This document shows, piece after piece, positions 58,932 to 64,000 of a stretch of DNA of 64,000 nucleotides. The DNA is from an uncultured archaeon (GTDB taxonomy: Archaea; Aenigmatarchaeota; Aenigmatarchaeia; Aenigmatarchaeales; JAHLMS01), in the NCBI GenBank assembly GCA_964353775.1, contig CAYGWB010000002.1, positions 69,185 through 133,184 of the forward strand, read 5' to 3'. Every line of letters starts with the position of its first letter. Within the stretch, counting starts at the first letter, position 1. Below the pieces are notes generated by a model. That model saw only the letters and a list, made by a program, of their open reading frames with translations. It was not told the origin of the DNA and did not search any database. Both the position numbers and the translations under genes were made by a program.

Positions 58932-59213
58932 GAGTTTGTAGAAGGCTTTATAAATATTAACAAGTCACTCATGGGCATGGACGAACACGAAGCAAGACGC
59001 ATGGATTACCTGTTGGATTTGGCCGAATATGGACCCATGAGCTACGGAGCTTTCCTCGAATACATTCGGGATAAAAACGGAACACAGCTCGACGTGCTCA
59101 TGCTGGGCAGAATGGGCTGCATAGAAACGGACGGTCCTGAACTTTGCAGCGTGACTCCGGACGAAACGATGCTGGAGGTCACGGAAAAGGGCAGGTACAA
59201 ATTGAGTTCTTAG
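58920..59213 (+). CDS. hypothetical small protein
   Basis: 97-aa ORF (the internal Met at 58974 is a possible start), convergent with the beta-CASP gene. Confidence 0.3.
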   Translation: MHGQEFVEGFININKSLMGMDEHEARRMDYLLDLAEYGPMSYGAFLEYIRDKNGTQLDVLMLGRMGCIETDGPELCSVTPDETMLEVTEKGRYKLSS

Positions 59214-60457
59214 AGTTTTATCTCGTCGCCGATGTGCGGTGCGATGGCGTCGATGCCGAACCGGCTCTTCAGCTCGGTCGCGAAGCGATCGCAGTAGTCG
59301 CCGTGCATGCAAACCACCTGCTTCGGTCTAATGTTCTTCACGAAGTCAAGCAGCTGCGTTCGACCGGCATGCGCAGAGAAGTCGAAAGTCTGGATGTTCA
59401 TCTTGACCGCCAGGTCCACGTCCTCCATCACGAACCTGCCCGTGTCCAGCAGGTATCGTCCGGCCGTGCGAGGTATCTGGAAGCCCGTGAACAGAAGGCC
59501 GCACTCCGGCCGTCCGTACAGATGCCGCATGTACATCACACCCGGTCCACCGTCCAGGCAGCCGCCGGTCGTGACAATAGCGCACGGTTTCTTTATTGCG
59601 TCCCTGCGCTCATCGTCGCTGTACAGCGGTATGACCTTGTCCATGGCCCTTTTCAGTGCGGTCGGATCGCGGAGCAGCTCAGGATAGTGAAGGATTATGT
59701 CGGTCGCCTCCCTGGCCATGCCGTCTATGTAAATCGGATAATCGGGCTTCGCAGAATGCAGGACCATCAATATCTCGGCTGCGCGTCCGACAGCGAAGAC
59801 AGGGATAAGAGCGATCCCGCCGTTGCTGATGGTGTTCTGGACGGTCTCGATCAGCTTCTTCTCGGTCTCGTTACGAGGCGGGTGGTCGCGGTTGCTGTAA
59901 GTGTTCTCCATCATCAGGACATCGATGTCCTTAAGTCCGCTCACCTGCGCGCCGTTCAGCAGCCTGGTCGGCAGGGTGTTGAAGTCGCTCGTATAAAGTA
60001 TCCTTTTCCCTTCAGCCTCGACCAGCGCCATTATCGATCCGGGTATGTGGCCGGCGTCATGCACGTCGAGTCCGAACGGCCCGATTTCGAGCCGCTGGCC
60101 GTAGGTTATGCGGTTCTCCTGCTTGGCCATCAGGTCCAACTCGCGGAAGCTAAAAATCTCCGGTCGACCTTTTAGGCGGGCTATCTTTATGCTGTCCTTG
60201 AGCAGCAGACGACCTTGGTCGATCGTGGCGGCAGTGGCGTAGACGTCCATGCTCCCCTTTCGGAAAAGCGCGGGCAGAGAGCCGATATGGTCGAGGTGCG
60301 GATGGCATATCACGGCCGCATCGGCCGCGGTAGGAACGGGCGTTTCGCCTGTCTCAACTTTCAGTCCGTAGTCCAGCAGCAGGCGCCCCTGTCTGGTCTG
60401 CAGTAGAACTGCATTTCGTCCTACCTCTCTGAATCCACCGAAACATTTTATAATCAT
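59210..60457 (-). CDS. beta-CASP metallo-beta-lactamase-fold ribonuclease (aCPSF2-like)
   Basis: HPHLDHIG MBL motif plus beta-CASP blocks; 415 aa. Confidence 0.85.
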   Translation of the reverse strand: MIIKCFGGFREVGRNAVLLQTRQGRLLLDYGLKVETGETPVPTAADAAVICHPHLDHIGSLPALFRKGSMDVYATAATIDQGRLLLKDSIKIARLKGRPEIFSFRELDLMAKQENRITYGQRLEIGPFGLDVHDAGHIPGSIMALVEAEGKRILYTSDFNTLPTRLLNGAQVSGLKDIDVLMMENTYSNRDHPPRNETEKKLIETVQNTISNGGIALIPVFAVGRAAEILMVLHSAKPDYPIYIDGMAREATDIILHYPELLRDPTALKRAMDKVIPLYSDDERRDAIKKPCAIVTTGGCLDGGPGVMYMRHLYGRPECGLLFTGFQIPRTAGRYLLDTGRFVMEDVDLAVKMNIQTFDFSAHAGRTQLLDFVKNIRPKQVVCMHGDYCDRFATELKSRFGIDAIAPHIGDEIKL

Positions 60458-61818
60458 TTATTTTCCCTCATTAATTTCTTGAACAGGCTGAACAACGCAC
60501 CGAGATATGAATTCTTGGCCTTGTCGCAGCACGCTTCTATGTAGTCATTTGACATGACACGCTCTTTAAGCTCAGGGAGCTCGCACTTGGTCGTCGAGTG
60601 TATATAGAACGGTATGCCGAGCAGCATCACCATCACGGCGACGAGAAGAGGCGTCGGTGGCAGCTGGGTGAGCGTGACAAGGATAACAATGGTTATCACG
60701 ATCACCGAATATGCAGGCTTCGGCTTCTCATACGGCTTGCGAGTGTAGTAACGTAGCAACCGAGCGTATGCCAGGCAACCGGATATCAGCGATATCGCTA
60801 GCAGGCTGAACGAGAAGAATATCAGCCCACCGATGTCGTTGCTGAGACTGGCAGCAAACGCCACGACAGCCTGCGTTGCAAGCGGTATCAGCAATATGTC
60901 GCCTCGCCTGTATTTTGCGATTATCTTCGGCAGCATGCCGTCGGCGGTCATGGCCATTGCCGTTGTGCAAACTTGCGGAACCCTGGCCGCGTTCGGGCTG
61001 GCAAACGCCGTGATGGCCGCAAGAGCCGCTATGGCGATACCGATCATTCCGAGGCCAATAGCCGTAGACATTCCAGCGGCCGCGGCAGACACCGAAATTT
61101 CCGTCTGCCCTGAGGCTGCCTGTATAAACAAGCTGAAAAGAACAAATATCACGACAGCAGCGCCAAACGCGTAGGTAACCGCCTTCCGGATATCGCACTC
61201 ATTGGATATGACAGGCAACGGCGCTATCTCGAATCCGCTGAAGGCCCACATCGCGATCGCCAGCGCCGGAAGTATGCCAAGCAAGTCTGTCGTCAATGGG
61301 AAAAATAGTGTTCCTGGTCTTGCAGCGACAAATATCGCCCCCATTGCCATGAAAATGAACAATAACAGCAGCCTGAACATCGACCAGGCACGCGGGGTCT
61401 TTGAACCAAAGACGGTCGCGACAACGACTGCGGCAATAAATAATGCTTTCAGGCCGACGGAAGCGATGAACGGCAGCTGGATCAAAAGGCTGATGAACTC
61501 GGAGACCGCTATGGCCATCATTCCGAGGATGACGGACTCGGCCCACAACGTGGACCAGCCGGCAATGAAACCGTAGAAGTGGCCGTATGCCGTGCGCACG
61601 CAGGACGAGCCACCTGACACTTGCGGTCCGAACGACGCGCAACGCAGGATACAAAGTGCAGCCATAGCCATGACTGCAGCCCCGGCCAGCCAGATAAGCG
61701 GGGAGAACGCCCCCATACCGGCGGTCAGACCGGCCGAAAGCCATATCTGGGCTCCGCCTATGCTTCCCAGAAGCATGGCAGCCAGACACAATGTTTCTTT
61801 ATTGACCATCAAAAGCAC
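60454..61818 (-). CDS. APC-superfamily amino acid permease
   Basis: 454 aa with 12 transmembrane helices. Confidence 0.8.
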   Translation of the reverse strand: MLLMVNKETLCLAAMLLGSIGGAQIWLSAGLTAGMGAFSPLIWLAGAAVMAMAALCILRCASFGPQVSGGSSCVRTAYGHFYGFIAGWSTLWAESVILGMMAIAVSEFISLLIQLPFIASVGLKALFIAAVVVATVFGSKTPRAWSMFRLLLLFIFMAMGAIFVAARPGTLFFPLTTDLLGILPALAIAMWAFSGFEIAPLPVISNECDIRKAVTYAFGAAVVIFVLFSLFIQAASGQTEISVSAAAAGMSTAIGLGMIGIAIAALAAITAFASPNAARVPQVCTTAMAMTADGMLPKIIAKYRRGDILLIPLATQAVVAFAASLSNDIGGLIFFSFSLLAISLISGCLAYARLLRYYTRKPYEKPKPAYSVIVITIVILVTLTQLPPTPLLVAVMVMLLGIPFYIHSTTKCELPELKERVMSNDYIEACCDKAKNSYLGALFSLFKKLMRENK

Positions 61819-61879
61819 CTTGCTTGAAACAAGTATGCGATGTTCTATATTTAAAAGTGCGGATGCTGAAAATTAGGTC

Positions 61880-62914
61880 ATGGACATCGAGAAGAGGCTC
61901 GAGCTGATAACGAGGAACGCTGAGGAGATCGTGACAGAGGACGAGCTCAGGCAGCTGCTAAAGGAAAAGAAGGCGCCCGTGGCCTACATAGGCTATGCGC
62001 CGACCGGCAAGCTGCACATAGGCTATTTCGTGCCGTTGATGAAGCTGGCTGACCTGATCAGCGCAGGCTTTACTGTCAAGTTCTTGATAGCCGACATCCA
62101 CTCTCACTTGGACGACCTCAAATCGCCCTGGGAACTGCTGGACGCGCGTTCCGAATATTATAAGTGCGGGATAACTGCGATGCTCAAATCTATAGGTGCG
62201 GACGTCAATAAGGTCAAGTTCATACGCGGGTCGGAGTTCCAGTTCGAGAAGAAGTACGTGCAGGACGTGCTAAGGATGGCTTCCATGACCACGCTCGCCA
62301 GGTGCAAGCGCGCAGCTGCCGAGGTCGTGAGGTTCGGCGAAGAACCGAGGCTCGGCGGTTTCATCTATCCGCTCATGCAATCGGAGGACGTGCCCGCTCT
62401 GGAAGCGGATGTCGCGTTCGGAGGCATAGACCAACGAGGGCCGTACATGCTTTCAAGGGAGATTTTGCCAGAAATCGGCTACAAGAAAACCATATGCGTG
62501 TTCATGCCGCTCATTCCTGGCCTGGTCGGTTCTGGAAAGATGTCTGCATCCGTTCCGGAATCGAAGGTGGACATAGTGGATGACGAGGCGACAGTAAAGA
62601 AAAAGGTGGAGAACGCCTACTGCCCCGCGAAAGAAGCGGAAGGCAACGGCGTCCTGTCCTTCCTCAAGTACGTCGTCATGCCGCTCAAGCAGGACGACAA
62701 GAAGGAACTGATAGTCGAGAGGCCGGAGAAGTTCGGCGGGCCGATACGCTACAAGGACTACAAGACGATCGAGAGCGACTTTGTCAACGGCAAGGTACAC
62801 CCGATGGACCTGAAGGCGGCGCTCGCGAAAGAAGTGAACGTCTTGCTTTCAACGGTCAGGAAAGATCTTGCCGGAAAGGAAAAACTTATTAAGAGCGCAT
62901 ATCCAAGTGACTGA
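61880..62914 (+). CDS. tyrS: tyrosyl-tRNA synthetase (archaeal type)
   Basis: HIGY (HIGH) and KMSAS (KMSKS) motifs. Confidence 0.92.
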   Translation: MDIEKRLELITRNAEEIVTEDELRQLLKEKKAPVAYIGYAPTGKLHIGYFVPLMKLADLISAGFTVKFLIADIHSHLDDLKSPWELLDARSEYYKCGITAMLKSIGADVNKVKFIRGSEFQFEKKYVQDVLRMASMTTLARCKRAAAEVVRFGEEPRLGGFIYPLMQSEDVPALEADVAFGGIDQRGPYMLSREILPEIGYKKTICVFMPLIPGLVGSGKMSASVPESKVDIVDDEATVKKKVENAYCPAKEAEGNGVLSFLKYVVMPLKQDDKKELIVERPEKFGGPIRYKDYKTIESDFVNGKVHPMDLKAALAKEVNVLLSTVRKDLAGKEKLIKSAYPSD

Positions 62915-62916
62915 TT

Positions 62917-64000
62917 ATGTTAGATCTAAAACTCATACGGGAGAATACGCAGCTGGTGCGTGCGAACCTCGAACGCAGACAGGACCCGAACCTGCTGAAG
63001 ATGCTCGATGAGCTGTTGAACGTGGACAAGCAGCTCCGCGAACTGACGGGCAAGGTCAACGGTCTGAGAGCCAGGCGCAACGAGATTTCTCTAGCGATAT
63101 CGAAGGCGAAGAAGAGCGGCGCTGACATAAACGCGCTTCGAAAGGAGGCCGAGCTGCTGCCTGACCAGATAAAGGCGGCTGAAGATGAGCTGGTGAACTC
63201 TCAGAAGAAGATGGCGAACCTGCACATGCGTCTGCCCAATCTGTTACACGAGTCCGTGCCGTACGGAAAGGACGACACCGAGAACGTGGAAGTGAAGAAG
63301 TGGGGCAAGCCCCCAAAGTTCGCCTTCGAACCGAAAGGGCATCTTGAGCTCGCGCTGGCCAACGGCTGGATGGATGCCGACAGGGCGAACAAGGTAGCCG
63401 GTCACGGATTTCTATATCTTAAGGGGCCGTTAGCGAGGCTCGACTATGCAATAATGATGTACGGGCTCGACCTGCTGATTAAAAGGAAATATGTGCTCAT
63501 CGAGCCGCCGTTCATGCTTCACAGGAAGCCGTACGAGGGAGTCACGGACTTGGCGGACTTCGAGAACGTCATGTACAAGATAGACGGTGAGGATCTGTAC
63601 TTGATAGCAACGTCCGAGCATCCGATGGCAGCGATGTACATGGACGAGGTGCTGGACGTGAAAGACCTGCCGATTCGATTCGCCGGCATAAGTTCGTGCT
63701 TTAGAAAGGAAGTGGGCGCGCACGGCAAGTACACGAAGGGCCTGTTCCGCATGCACCAGTTCAACAAGATCGAACAGTTCATATTCTGCCGACCGGAAGA
63801 CTCGTGGAAGTTTCATGACGAGCTGCAGCAGAACGCCGAGAAGCTCTACCAGGGACTGGGGCTGCACCACAGGATCGTCAACATCTGCACAGGCGACATC
63901 GGCATAATCGCGGCGAAGAAATACGACACGGAGGTGTGGATGGCCGACGGCAAGTTCAGGGAGGTCGGCTCGAACTCCAACTGCACGGACTACCAGGCGA
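62917..64000 (+). CDS. serS: seryl-tRNA synthetase, 3' end beyond the window
   Basis: N-terminal coiled-coil (MLDLKLIRENTQLV...) and class II core motifs. The ATG overlaps the tyrS stop. Confidence 0.9.
   Translation, partial: MLDLKLIRENTQLVRANLERRQDPNLLKMLDELLNVDKQLRELTGKVNGLRARRNEISLAISKAKKSGADINALRKEAELLPDQIKAAEDELVNSQKKMANLHMRLPNLLHESVPYGKDDTENVEVKKWGKPPKFAFEPKGHLELALANGWMDADRANKVAGHGFLYLKGPLARLDYAIMMYGLDLLIKRKYVLIEPPFMLHRKPYEGVTDLADFENVMYKIDGEDLYLIATSEHPMAAMYMDEVLDVKDLPIRFAGISSCFRKEVGAHGKYTKGLFRMHQFNKIEQFIFCRPEDSWKFHDELQQNAEKLYQGLGLHHRIVNICTGDIGIIAAKKYDTEVWMADGKFREVGSNSNCTDYQA

Noticed and set aside
63430-63870. 146-aa minus-strand ORF
   Set aside because: Antisense to serS.
1-64000. 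Mobile elements (transposase or integrase) associated with the low-GC islands
   Set aside because: No ORF with recognisable DDE transposase, tyrosine or serine recombinase motifs was found. The islands are inferred only from base composition.

Overview
This window reads as a 64-kb stretch of an archaeal chromosome, most likely a euryarchaeon, with roughly 55-60% GC by eye and several clearly AT-richer islands. It is gene-dense and dominated by information-processing genes. These are an archaeal histone, RPA, RadA, DnaG primase, TFB, Orc1/Cdc6 immediately upstream of a family-B DNA polymerase, archaeosine tRNA-guanine transglycosylase, SecD/SecF, alpha-NAC, TyrRS and SerRS. It also carries a large N-glycosylation/polysaccharide island from about 42.1 to 56.1 kb, containing AglB, GT2 and GT-C transferases, sugar epimerases/reductases, methyltransferases and two radical SAM enzymes. 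The most unusual feature is a 455-bp intergenic array of about 25 copies of a CGTGAA(C/G)AT half-site, including at least 5 perfect TTCACGTGAA palindromes. It sits directly beside an ExeA/TniB-like AAA+ ATPase that carries a C-terminal winged helix. A separate 17-bp palindrome, TTATAACA-N-TGTTATAA, recurs four times: once beside that array, once on the far side of a low-GC wHTH plus nuclease-like cassette, and twice flanking an AT-rich stretch just upstream of orc1/cdc6. Together these suggest one or two replication-origin-like or protein-docking regions. Other points of note are a likely homopolymer frameshift in a non-canonical radical SAM gene next to the archaeosine tgtA, an uncharacterised protein with no canonical start codon wedged between cdc6 and polB, a PAICS-like PurC-PurE fusion, and a 41-aa highly acidic ORF with a strong Shine-Dalgarno in front of aglB. 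No rRNA, tRNA, CRISPR, transposase or integrase genes were recognised.
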